Assembly (NCBI GenBank): GCA_030141605.1
Contig: JAQGDQ010000218.1
Coordinates: 248,001 to 312,000, forward strand
DNA length: 64,000 nt
Origin: Tubiluchus corallicola
Taxonomy: Eukaryota > Animalia > Priapulida
Direction of reading: 5' to 3'
This document shows, one piece after another, positions 1 through 10,429 of this stretch. Each line of letters begins with the position of its first letter. Position 1 is the first letter of the stretch. The notes beneath the pieces are model-generated. The model ran no database searches. It was not told where the DNA came from and worked only from the letters and a program-made list of their open reading frames with translations. The position numbers and the translations under genes were made by a program.

Positions 1-1600
1 GAGTACGGCAATGTTAGAGTATAACAGGTTTTATAAAAATGAAGTGTACATAATTTTTTCTGACACTGAAAAGTGTTTTGATAAGTTGTGGTAGAAAGAT
101 GCATTGACAGAACTATGGAGGATGGGCATATCACCAGGAGAAATTTTTACGACATATAAACTAAATGAAATTGCAGAAATAGTTATACAAACACCATTAG
201 GTAAAACAGACCAGATAGAAATAAATGAAATAGTCCGACAGGAACTGTGCTGGGACCATTACTATGTTGTGCTGCAATAAACCGGATTAATGAGATAGTG
301 ATAACAGGTACTGTAATGGGCAGCAATTTACCTGTGGGTATGTTATTATTCATTGGCGATATTGTGGGAATAGGACAAGAAACTATAATCAAACAGATGA
401 TTAAAAACTGTCAAGAAATTGAATGAACAAAAAAATTATCATTCAATATACAGAAAACGCAATATATGAGAACAAACATGACACGAAAGAAAAGGATTCC
501 AGAATTATGTGAGTCACTAAGGAACGGAGAGGTTAAGGAAGCAGAGGAATACAAGTATTTGGGAGATTGGATTAATACAAAATGTAGTTATGAAACAATG
601 TCCGGAAAACGCACCGGGAAAAATAAAATGATAATTAATTATATCAATACAATAGGAGGTGAGCTGAAAGTGGGAGATTGCTCAATAGGGGTTAAACTAA
701 TGCTATACAAGCTTCCTTCAGTGAGTGCAGTGCTAAATAGTTTTGAGACAAGGTCGAATTTGACAACTGATTGGGAGAAATTAGAAATGATTCAAGCAAA
801 TGCTTTAAAAACCTTATTTAATATTAGTGAATCAACACCATATTGGGGATTAGTAACTGAAATAGGCATATGGCCTCTAAAACATAAAGTGAATTATAGG
901 AGATTGATGTTCTATCGGAATTTACTGATTAGTAAACCAAAGAGATTAGCATCAGGGGTACTCGAAATGCAAATAAACAGTGCACATGAAAGGTCATGGT
1001 ATAATGATGTAGTTGAGGCTGCAAAAAATATACCATAGATGCTAATAAAGAAAGGGTGAAGGTCATGAAAACGTCTGAATGGAAGAAAGAAATAAAGAAT
1101 AAGATTGAATGTTGTATAAAGAATGAATGTGCAGAAAATACAGGAGCAGCACTAAATTAAGATTTTTAAGGCATACCGAGTGGAAACGACAAAATTACAT
1201 AGACACATGCAAGCCGGAAGAGGTTAAAGATATATTGAAAATAAGACTGAATATGATTAAAGTTAAAGGGAACTACAAGAATGAGTTTAAGGATCAGTTA
1301 TTATGCCCAGTGTGTGGGGAAGATGATGATACTACTGAACATATGCTTAGATGTGACAGATATGGAGAATGGAAAAAAAATTGAACTCAAGATATATTAA
1401 TGAACAGTGAAAAGGAAGGACTGCTAGAAATTAGAAATCTAGTGAACGAATGCATGGAATACAGGATAAAGGCAAATAAAGGCATTAAACTTGGAAAAGA
1501 CAACTAAAAGATCAGCGTTACAGAAGAATAGACTTTACACCCTATAAAGGTGCCCGCCTCGGATAGGTGGAGAGTCGAGTATCGCAATCGTAATCGCAAT
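1..1600 (+). mobile_element. Degenerate non-LTR retrotransposon (LINE), 3' part: RT remnant, C-terminal CCHC-type finger, 3' UTR
   Basis: RT-like motifs (D..KCFDKLW near 60-95; VRQGTVLGP near 232-258; YKYLG in ORF 466-1038) are broken by stops and frameshifts. ORF 1127-1384 has CPVC..DTTEHMLRC. Ends in short (atcgca/atcgta) repeats. Clade not assigned. Confidence 0.85.
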
Positions 1601-2057
1601 GCTAAGTAATAATATATAAATACGTATCCAAGCAAATCAAATTATTGATATGATAGTAATAACAGTAAACGGGTAACTAAAATAGATGACTAATACTTAC
1701 TAGTTTCACCAACGCAAATGAAACAAAGAAATAGCGAGCAGTAAATTGTCCGATTCTACTACAAAACCTCAGTTTTCCACTTGAATCGCTATAACCATGT
1801 TGTTGTCGTCGTTGCACAGTTTTGGCGGCATCTACTGGCAACTAGATCATTGACGTCAACTGCTTTATGAAGTCCACATCATAGATTTTAAAGAGTAAAA
1901 GAAGTTGCCATTTTTTCAAAAGTTGTGTCATTATTAGAAATAACAACAAAAGTTAAACCGTTGCACTTTTTGTCAATTTATTACACTTGCACTTGACCAA
2001 ATACACATCTGTGTCCGAGTGTGTCAACTTACGATCCCAATCGGTTCCGGATGATTG

Positions 2058-2601
2058 GTTACGATTGCGATACTCGACTCTCTCCACCTATCAGAGGCGG
2101 GCACCTTTATAGGGTGCAAAGTCTATTCTTCTATAACGCTGATCTTTTAGTTGTCTTTTCCAAGTTTAATGTCTTTATCCTGTATTCCATGCATTCGTTC
2201 ACTAGATTTCTAATTTCTAGCAATTCTTCCTCTTCACTGTTCATTAATATATCTGAGTTCAAAATTTTTTCCATTCTCCATATCTGTCACATCTAAGCAT
2301 ATGTTCAGTAGTATCATCATCTTCCCCACACACTGGGCATAATAACTGATCCTTAAACTCATTCTTGTAGTTCCCTTTAACTTTAATCATATTCAGTCTT
2401 ATTTTCAATATATCTTTAATCTCTTCCGGCTTGCATGTGTCTATGTAATTTTGTCGTTTCCACTCGGTATACCTTAAAAATCTTAATTTAGTGCTGCTCC
2501 TGTATTTTCTGCACATTCATTCTTTATACAACATTCAATCTTATTCTTTATTTCTTTCTTCCATTCAGACTTTTTCATGACCTTCACCCTTTCTTTATTA
2601 G
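2058..2601 (-). mobile_element. 5'-truncated second copy of the same LINE 3' end, inverted
   Basis: ORF 2259-2516 is almost identical to ORF 1127-1384, and the DNA is the reverse complement of about 1042-1592. Confidence 0.9.
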
Positions 2602-4447
2602 TGTGGCACAGCTCGGCTTAAGGGTATGATATTAGGTTAAAGTGCCACCTATCATTGACTTCTGCAACTAACTTTATTTTGCTTTATTTTTACATAAAAA
2701 AAATGTTGGGTTCAGCTTTGACAATATCTTGAGGCTACTTGTAATTCAAATTTAAACTGAGTAAAAGCAACAACAAGTGAACTAAGATTAAAAATAATTT
2801 ATTCTATTGGCTTTACTATAAAATACAGCTAATTTTAGTTAGGTAAAATCCACAATCATCAATACTATTCTTGTTTCTAGTTAAAGAAATCTTCTGTAGC
2901 AATTGCAATTGGTCATGCAAAGAATGCTAGAGTCCAGGTTTCAGTAAGATTAAGCAGTTGCAATTTTCATGCCAGTCCTGTGTATAGGTACTATGTTCCT
3001 GTTCCACATTTAACTAAAAGTGAGCAAAACTATGATCCAGTCTCTTCTTTCACTTATTTGTATAAGATCTCGAATAACCCCGGATCAATAGCTAGCTGAC
3101 TTGTGATCTGCAACTTTTTTTTAAGTGGAACTTTTTCATTCCAGGAATTTTCTGCAACTTTTCTATTCTGCAACTCTTTAAATTCTGCAACTCTTTAAGT
3201 TCTGCAACTCTTTAAATTCTGCAACTCTTTTCAATTCTGCAACTCTTTTCAATTCTGCAACTCTTTTAATTCTGGAACTCTTCTATTCTGCAACTCTTTT
3301 CAATTCTGCAACTCTTTTAATTCTGGAACTCTTCTATTCTGCAACTCTTTTAATCCTGGAACTCTTTTATTCTGGAACTCTTCTATTCTGCAACTCTTTT
3401 AATTCTGGAACTCTTTTAATTCCTGGAACTCTTTTAATTCTGCAACTCTTTTAATTCTGGAACTCTTTCATTCCAAGAATTTTCTGCAACTCTTTTAATT
3501 CCAGGAAATTTCTGCAACTCTTTTAATTCCAGGAAATTTCTGCAACTCTTTTAATTCCAGGAAATTTCTGCAACTCTTTTAATTCCAGGAAATTTCTGCA
3601 ACTCTTTTAATTCCAGGAAATTTCTGCAACTCTTTTAATTCCTGGAAATTACTGGAACTCTTTTGATCTTGGATTTTCCTGGAACTCTCAGCAACTCTTT
3701 TAAATCTTGGATTTTCCTGGAACTCTCAGCAACTCTTTTAAATCTTGGATTTTCCTGGAACTCTTTTTGTCTCTGCAACTGCTTCAATCCTGAAACCCTT
3801 TTCTAGCTTCTCTTTTGGTTTCTAGAACCTAGTGTTTCTGAAACTCTTTTCATTTCTGGAACTCTTTTCTAGGTTCTAGATTCCTGACACATCCTAGCTA
3901 GTTTTGAAAGCTAGCTTTATCTAGTAAGTTAAAACTTACTTCTCATCCTGCTTCTTTTCCATGTTTAGATGAATCTTCAGTTGCTGTAGCTCTTTATCAC
4001 TTTGAAAATGTTCGGATGTGTGTGGTCAATGGCCTGGCCCTCCCTTTATATAGCCGCCTGAGCGTCGGCGTCGCTAAGTTACCATGGATTGTGCATTGTA
4101 ACCGAGGGGTGGGCTGTTCATTACACTTTGTTACTTTCAGTCTTCTAATTATAATTTCATCAATTTGTTTTGCTCTTTTTTTAACAGCGCATATGTTTGT
4201 CTACATTTAATCTAATTTATCAGCTTATGTTTGATCCTTTTTGTTTTTATTTTCTTGTTTTCCAAACCGGGAATTCACCGGGTTCTAAAGTTTCATCGCC
4301 CTGTGTTTATCTTTCGGTCAGCATCTGGTGTGCTCGCCGAATAGCGAAGATGTGCATAACATAAGAGCATCCATAATGGCTGCGTCCATAGTGCGTGTAA
4401 ACAATATTAAAATTCCGATGATTATATTTTTTTTAGAGAATATTACA
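2599..4447 (-). repeat. 3' LTR (outer 2 nt missing), with internal minisatellite at about 3105-3780
   Basis: Near-identical to 12279-14061; ends ...aatattaca at 4447 next to the PPT. Confidence 0.95.
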
Positions 4448-4460
4448 ATTCCCCCTTTCT
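4448..4460 (-). promoter_or_regulatory. Polypurine tract
   Basis: Minus strand AGAAAGGGGGAAT immediately precedes the 3' LTR TGTA. Confidence 0.85.
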
Positions 4461-4900
4461 TAAAACTGCACCTGCCCTCAGGTGCTCTGTCTCCTGTCAG
4501 CATCAGGTATGCTTACCAAACTATTGTTGAGTTTTGTTGACTGCTCCTTTAAAATTTTTTTTTTTTGTTTCTTTGCCATCCTGATATTGAAATCCAATAC
4601 AGCTTATATACTTACTAAACTGAATACAGCTTTATTTACTTGTAAAATATAACGGAATTTTTATACATCCATACATATTCTTGATAGCACCATTCTAGTA
4701 AACAATATAAGTAAATAAGCAAGTATATAATACTGGAACAACCCGTTGTAGATATGCTGATATATTCCTTCAAATGATATATATATATATATAAAAGATA
4801 TATAATTTTTAATCTAATTTATCTAGGAAATATTGGAATGTATATATGAACGTAGGTTGAACGTAGGTATGAATATATATTGGAACGTAGCTGCATGGCC

Positions 4901-5887
4901 TTAGTCCTCTTCACTGGAGAAGTCATCCGAGGAGACAGCTAGATCTATAGAAATATCTGTATTTGTGGGTGGCATTTGTTGTTGACCTTCAGTGTTCTTC
5001 TTTTCAGCCAACTTTTCCACCTCCTTTCTCACCAACTTGCTTACAGTTGTTTCCATTCTCTCATACATACGATCAACTGCCTCATTCCACTCTTTTTCTT
5101 TCTTCTCCGTAATTTCTTTACTCTTCTTCTCTAAAACTGCTTCCCACTTATTTAGAGCTGCTACCCTGCATCGCTCCTCTAGTTCCATGATCTCATTTTT
5201 TAATTTTAATATCTTTTCCCTCATGACTATCTGATCTAGCTCTGTGCATGGAGGTGGAGCTTTTCGTGGCACCTTGTCCGACTGCGGTGCAAGGAATACT
5301 GGCAGATTTTTCGACTGTGTTTCCTTGTATGGTTTATAGTGTGGTAAGGCAGGTCTAGTTGGTTTTCTAACTTGGTTGGTCAGGTTATGGGTGCTGTTCT
5401 GCCTCACAATACTTCTGCTTCTGAAATTTCTGAAGGTTGAGTTGCTTGTTGGTGGCTTGAAGGCCCTGTTCTTCGGATTACTTAACTCAGGCCTTACTGT
5501 AACTGGGGAAGTTCCTCTTTTTGTTTTGGGTGATTTTGCTGTTTTGATTTTGCTTTCCTGTTCCGACCTCTGATTATGACTCTTTAAATCTCGCTCTTTC
5601 TTCCCGTCTTTTCTTTCCAGACTGCTGTCACTAGTTGTACTCCATTTGGAGCGGCTCAATCTTGGTGATCCTTCTGGTGACAGAGGTCTTTTATCAACAG
5701 AGGTTGCCTGAGGTGGCCTTTCAAGACGCTTAGTTGGCCAAGTAGCGGGAATTTGTCTACTCCCATGACATGCCTTCCAGTGTTTTGACATATAGGCAGT
5801 CCTTTGAGACCTATAGTCACAGTTTGTACAACAGTACACTGTCTCCCTCCTAAAATAGACAAAATAACAGTGTTTTAATAACTTCAT
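4901..5887 (-). CDS. Gypsy accessory ORF3: C2H2 zinc finger, basic Ser/Pro-rich linker, coiled coil, acidic tail
   Basis: 328-aa open frame between pol and PPT. C-TN-C-x12-H-x4-H motif near the N-terminus; Glu/Lys-rich helical C-terminal part. Candidate splice acceptor ttttgtctattttag|G at about 5850. Confidence 0.75.
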   Translation of the reverse strand: MKLLKHCYFVYFRRETVYCCTNCDYRSQRTAYMSKHWKACHGSRQIPATWPTKRLERPPQATSVDKRPLSPEGSPRLSRSKWSTTSDSSLERKDGKKERDLKSHNQRSEQESKIKTAKSPKTKRGTSPVTVRPELSNPKNRAFKPPTSNSTFRNFRSRSIVRQNSTHNLTNQVRKPTRPALPHYKPYKETQSKNLPVFLAPQSDKVPRKAPPPCTELDQIVMREKILKLKNEIMELEERCRVAALNKWEAVLEKKSKEITEKKEKEWNEAVDRMYERMETTVSKLVRKEVEKLAEKKNTEGQQQMPPTNTDISIDLAVSSDDFSSEED

Positions 5888-6220
5888 TTTCCACGGTTAC
5901 GTTTTTTTTTTACTAAGGTACCTTTGCCTATTTCTTTTTTTTCTACATTGTAATTGTAATAAGTGACACATTTCTAAGTGACATGTGATTATCAAGTGTC
6001 ACTAACTCATACTTTTCTATATTTTTTTTTCTTATGCTGGATGCAGTTTAATGCCTTGCCCAGGGCAACTAATCCAGATAACAGCTTTTAACAGAAAATT
6101 AATGCAGCAGCAGAGGAAAGGAAGAAAATATGGTTAAGTTATAGGTCAAGTCTGTTTGGAGGTTTCCTCATCCGCTGTCCTCTTCCTAGCATTGTGTCAG
6201 AAGTGCTACTGGACGGTTCA

Positions 6221-9200
6221 TCATTTTTTTTCTTGAATTGTGGTAGTTCCTGTTGTATACATTTCTTCTTTCTCTGCTACTTCTTCATTAACTGTAGGAA
6301 AAATTCTACTCAATTCAAATTCTTCTAGTTGCTGTTCATCATCAGAATTTGCTAGTTTCTCTATTTCTGTCCAGTCTATTGGTGGTTCATCAGTATGATA
6401 AAGCTTCAAGTTGTCAATATGAACTACTTTAACAGGAGCTTTTGCATCTCTCTGGATTTGGTATGTCACATTATTAATCTTCTTTAGTACTAGATATGGG
6501 CCTTGCCAGCCTTGGCCTAATTTTCTCCTGGTAGCTGGTGGATACCAGTACCATACCCAGTTACCTTTATCAATGCTAAGCCTTTTCACAAATTGATCAT
6601 AATCTCGTTTTTGTCTTTCTGCAGCTTTTCCCAGTGATTCTCGAGCAAAATTGTGTGCCTCTTTTATAACATCTCTTATCCATTCTACGTATTCCTGTGG
6701 ACACTGTGTAGGTCTTTCTGGCTGTGGTGGAGGTCCCACCATCACATCTAATGGCAAATGGTTTTCCCTACCAAACATCATTAAGTTTGGCGAGCAATTG
6801 GTAGACGCATGTGCGGTTGCCCTGTATGCCATCATGACATAAGGGAGGTGGTCATCCCAGTCATCACGATGATCGTTAACAAATATAGCCAGCATTTGCT
6901 GTAATGTCCTCATAAATCTCTCAACGAGACCATCTGATTGTGGATGATACGGGGTTGTCCTTGTTTTGTCAATCTGCAAAGCAGCACACATTTCTTGAAA
7001 TAACTTTGACTCAAAGTCTGGCCCTTGGTCACTATGTATTTGAATTGGTACTCCAAACCTGCATATAAATTCGGTCACCAACACATCTGCAACAGTATAT
7101 GCCTCGTGATTAGGAAGTGCATAGGCTTCGGCCCATTTTGTAAAATAGTCACAGACGACCATCACCACCTTATTTTTCTTATCAGTCTCTTCTAGTGGTC
7201 CTAAAATGTCTATTGCTATTCTTTCAAATGGTCCAGTTGCCCTCTGTTGTTGCAGTTTACCTCTTTTTGGTCCTTTTCCAGGTTTTCTTCTGGCACAAGC
7301 AGCACAATATAGGCACCATCTTTTAATGTCTGCCTGATAACCTGGCCAGTAATACCGTTGCTTTAATAATGACAGACTCCTCTGTATTCCTTGGTGTGCA
7401 CCAGTTCTGGTTTCATGCAAAGCTCTAAATAATTTCCTTCGTAATGCAGTTGGTACAACCATCTGGTATACAGGAGCACTTGGTGTTACATCTGTTTCCC
7501 ACTTCTTGTACAGCAATCCATCTCGTACCTCTAATACATCAAACAAGTTCCAGTATGCCTTGAAATCTGGGTGTTTATCTTTCACATCTTTCCAGCTGGG
7601 TCGGTCCAAATCTTCTTCTTTCAACTCCTTGAATAACAAAACTGCTTCCTCTTCCTGTTGCATGTTAATAACATCTTCTCTTGACAAATCTAAAACAAAC
7701 TTTTTCTCTTCTTCATCTTCTACCTCTATTTCTTGACTTGCCAATATTCTGCTGGGAGCCACTACAAAACATGAACCATGCGCTGCTTCCTCAGCCATAT
7801 AGGGAGCCTCTCCTAAACACAAATCGTGCGCTGCTTCTTCCATATGAGGAGGAGCCTCTACCAAACACGATTTCTGCGCTGCTTCCCTGATATCACCAGG
7901 AGCCTCTACAGAACACAAGTCGTGCGCTGCATCCTTTCCACAAGTAGGTGCCTCTGTTATGCACAGTCTGTGCGCTGCTTCCTGGTCTTCATAAACATTG
8001 TCAAGTCCATCTTCCCCCTTTCTGGAATTACCTTCCATGCATAAGCATTCTTTTCTACATCTTACTTTACCTTTTCTGAAACTACTGCTTTCCTCTTCTC
8101 CATTTCCAGCTGGTATTGCATAGATAAAATCACACTCAGCATTGTTTGGAACTTTTAAAATATCGTTACGTGTCCTCTTGCTAATTTCTTTAGAACTGTG
8201 GGCTTCTTTCGTGCCTTTATGCCTGTCGTCATTACAGTCCTCTCTTGGGCATTTGCTAACCCTTGTATTTGGTTTTCTGGATAATCCATCAGCATTCCCA
8301 TGTTGTGTTCCTTTTCTATGCTCAACACTAAAATCATAAGTGTCTAAAATAGATAACCATCTTGCTATCATACCTTCTGGGTTCTTGAAATTGATGAGCC
8401 AAGTTAGTGCTGCATGATCAGTCCGAATCCTAAAATGTCTTCCCCATAGATAATGGTGGAATTGTTTTACAAATGTGATAACAGCCAGTAATTCTTTTTT
8501 TGTAGTACAGTACTGCCTTTGTGACTGGTTTAATGTCCTACTAGCATAAGCAATGACTTTCTCTTCATCGACTTGTAACTGGGATAAAACAGCTCCAATC
8601 CCAGAGTTACTGGCATCTGTATCTAAGATGAATTTTCCCTCCTGTGTTGGATATGCCAATGCAGGACTTCGTGTTAAAAGATCTATTAAGGTGTTAAATG
8701 CTGCCATACATGAATCATTCCAAATAAATGTTGCTCCTTTCTTTGTCAAGGCAGTAAGGGGGTCTGCAATTGAGGCAAAATGTGGAATGAATTTTCTATA
8801 ATATAAAGCAAATCCCAAGAAGCTACGTACTTGTGTAGGTGTTTTTGGGAATGTCCAATTCTTTACAGCCAGTATTTTGTCTGGATCACATCGGATGCCT
8901 TGACTATCCACTACATGCCCTAGGAACCGAACACTTGTCTGAAACAGTGTGCTTTTTGATGGCTTGATTTTCAAATTTGCTTTCCTCAAGCGAGAAAATA
9001 CTGTCTTTAAATTATTTTTAGCCTCTTCAAAGTTTTTGCCAAAAACAATAATATCATCGAGATAGACAAGACAATTCTTCCATTGTAAGCCTCTAAGTAC
9101 TTCTTCCATTAACCTCTCAAATGTGGCTGGTGCATTACAAAGGCCAAACGGCATCACTCGAAACTGAAATAATCCTTGTCGTGTAACAAAAGCTGTTTTA

Positions 9201-10387
9201 GGCTTCGACGTTTCATCCATTTCAACTTGCCAATACCCGCTAGCTAGGTCGAAAGTAGAGAACCAGTGGGACCCACGTAATGTGTCAAAAATCTCTTGAA
9301 TGTTTGGCAGTGGAAACCCATCTTTAATTGTCTTTTCATTTAACTGACAATAATCAACGCAAAATCGTGTGGAGCCATCCTTTTTAGTCACCAACACGAT
9401 CGGTGAGGCCCAGGGACTGTTGCTGTGTTCAATAATTTGTTCTTTGAGCATTTTATTTATTTCAGCTTCAGCAATGGCTCTTTTCTGTTCAGCCAGTCTT
9501 CTCGGAGCTTGTTTAACTGGGTGCTCAGTACCAGTGTCAATAACGTGTCTTACCAAGTTTGTCCTGCCATATTTATTATCGGGCCCCACAAATATATCCT
9601 GATATTCCTGTATCAAATTTACGAGAGAAGATTGCTCACTAGGTGAAAGCTTAGAGCTGATTTCTTCTATTAGTTGATGCAAGTGCTCAGGGAGCAGAGA
9701 TTTCGGAGCACCCTTTTCACCAATATTTTCTGGCAACACTAAGTCAATCTGATTATCTGAAGAAGACTCATGTTCATAATCTGAACTATCCACTGAATTC
9801 TTGAAACATTGTATAGTAACTTCACCAATATGGAGAATTCCTTGCTGCATATCTAGCACAGCACTTCTTGGTTCAAGAAAATCCAATCCTAAAATTCCGA
9901 AGGGCCCTCCAATGGAAGCGACAATCATTGTACTAGTGGTACTTATTCCAGCTAATATAACTTGGAATTCAGCTTCTCCCATTTGAATCAGTGTACTAGT
10001 GGTACTTATTCCAGCTAATATAACTTGGAATTCAGCTTCTCCCATTTGAATCAGTGTGTGTCCACTAGCTGCTTGAAGATTCTTTTCGGCGCTTTTCAAG
10101 ACTGGTCTTTCTTCTTCCGGAATACTATAATACATGTAAACATCTAATATGCTAGCACTGGCTCCACTATCGATTACAAAATCTACATCTAAACTGTTGA
10201 TTAATAATTCTACATGCCAACAATATTTATAATCTACTGGTAGAACTACAATGTTCTCACTTCTCTTCTTTATCAGATCGGAGTGAGGAGGAATAACTAC
10301 TTCTTCTTTGTTCAGAGCTGCAACTACCTCTTGCTTTCCCGTCACGGGGCCAGTGCAAGGTAGTATTCCTGAGGCCTGTGTATTCAT
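6221..10387 (-). CDS. pol: Gypsy Pol polyprotein (aspartic protease, RT, RNase H, integrase)
   Basis: IDSGA protease; SPWASPIVLV, MPFGL, YLDD RT; TDAS...ELLA...RTDH RNase H; H-x6-H..C-x2-C, IDILGP, SDQG, DGLVERF integrase; GPY motif. Confidence 0.97.
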   Translation of the reverse strand: MNTQASGILPCTGPVTGKQEVVAALNKEEVVIPPHSDLIKKRSENIVVLPVDYKYCWHVELLINSLDVDFVIDSGASASILDVYMYYSIPEEERPVLKSAEKNLQAASGHTLIQMGEAEFQVILAGISTTSTLIQMGEAEFQVILAGISTTSTMIVASIGGPFGILGLDFLEPRSAVLDMQQGILHIGEVTIQCFKNSVDSSDYEHESSSDNQIDLVLPENIGEKGAPKSLLPEHLHQLIEEISSKLSPSEQSSLVNLIQEYQDIFVGPDNKYGRTNLVRHVIDTGTEHPVKQAPRRLAEQKRAIAEAEINKMLKEQIIEHSNSPWASPIVLVTKKDGSTRFCVDYCQLNEKTIKDGFPLPNIQEIFDTLRGSHWFSTFDLASGYWQVEMDETSKPKTAFVTRQGLFQFRVMPFGLCNAPATFERLMEEVLRGLQWKNCLVYLDDIIVFGKNFEEAKNNLKTVFSRLRKANLKIKPSKSTLFQTSVRFLGHVVDSQGIRCDPDKILAVKNWTFPKTPTQVRSFLGFALYYRKFIPHFASIADPLTALTKKGATFIWNDSCMAAFNTLIDLLTRSPALAYPTQEGKFILDTDASNSGIGAVLSQLQVDEEKVIAYASRTLNQSQRQYCTTKKELLAVITFVKQFHHYLWGRHFRIRTDHAALTWLINFKNPEGMIARWLSILDTYDFSVEHRKGTQHGNADGLSRKPNTRVSKCPREDCNDDRHKGTKEAHSSKEISKRTRNDILKVPNNAECDFIYAIPAGNGEEESSSFRKGKVRCRKECLCMEGNSRKGEDGLDNVYEDQEAAHRLCITEAPTCGKDAAHDLCSVEAPGDIREAAQKSCLVEAPPHMEEAAHDLCLGEAPYMAEEAAHGSCFVVAPSRILASQEIEVEDEEEKKFVLDLSREDVINMQQEEEAVLLFKELKEEDLDRPSWKDVKDKHPDFKAYWNLFDVLEVRDGLLYKKWETDVTPSAPVYQMVVPTALRRKLFRALHETRTGAHQGIQRSLSLLKQRYYWPGYQADIKRWCLYCAACARRKPGKGPKRGKLQQQRATGPFERIAIDILGPLEETDKKNKVVMVVCDYFTKWAEAYALPNHEAYTVADVLVTEFICRFGVPIQIHSDQGPDFESKLFQEMCAALQIDKTRTTPYHPQSDGLVERFMRTLQQMLAIFVNDHRDDWDDHLPYVMMAYRATAHASTNCSPNLMMFGRENHLPLDVMVGPPPQPERPTQCPQEYVEWIRDVIKEAHNFARESLGKAAERQKRDYDQFVKRLSIDKGNWVWYWYPPATRRKLGQGWQGPYLVLKKINNVTYQIQRDAKAPVKVVHIDNLKLYHTDEPPIDWTEIEKLANSDDEQQLEEFELSRIFPTVNEEVAEKEEMYTTGTTTIQEKK

Positions 10388-10429
10388 GACCGGGACACTG
10401 GCCCCATGCCCGGTCTCCTTTAGTTTAAC
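10388..10429 (-). promoter_or_regulatory. Putative -1 ribosomal frameshift signal (G UUA AAC plus stem-loop) joining gag to pol
   Basis: Gag ends CAG TTA AAC TAA. The -1 frame reads open into the pol ATG. Stem GACCGGG...CCCGGTC begins 7 nt after the heptamer. Confidence 0.8.

Noticed and set aside
4016-4540. Small ORFs in the LTRs (also 13630-13824)
   Set aside because: Short, no recognisable domain, and duplicated only because the LTR is.
4901-5887. env gene
   Set aside because: No signal peptide, transmembrane anchor or fusion-protein features are visible; the protein is hydrophilic with a C2H2 finger.
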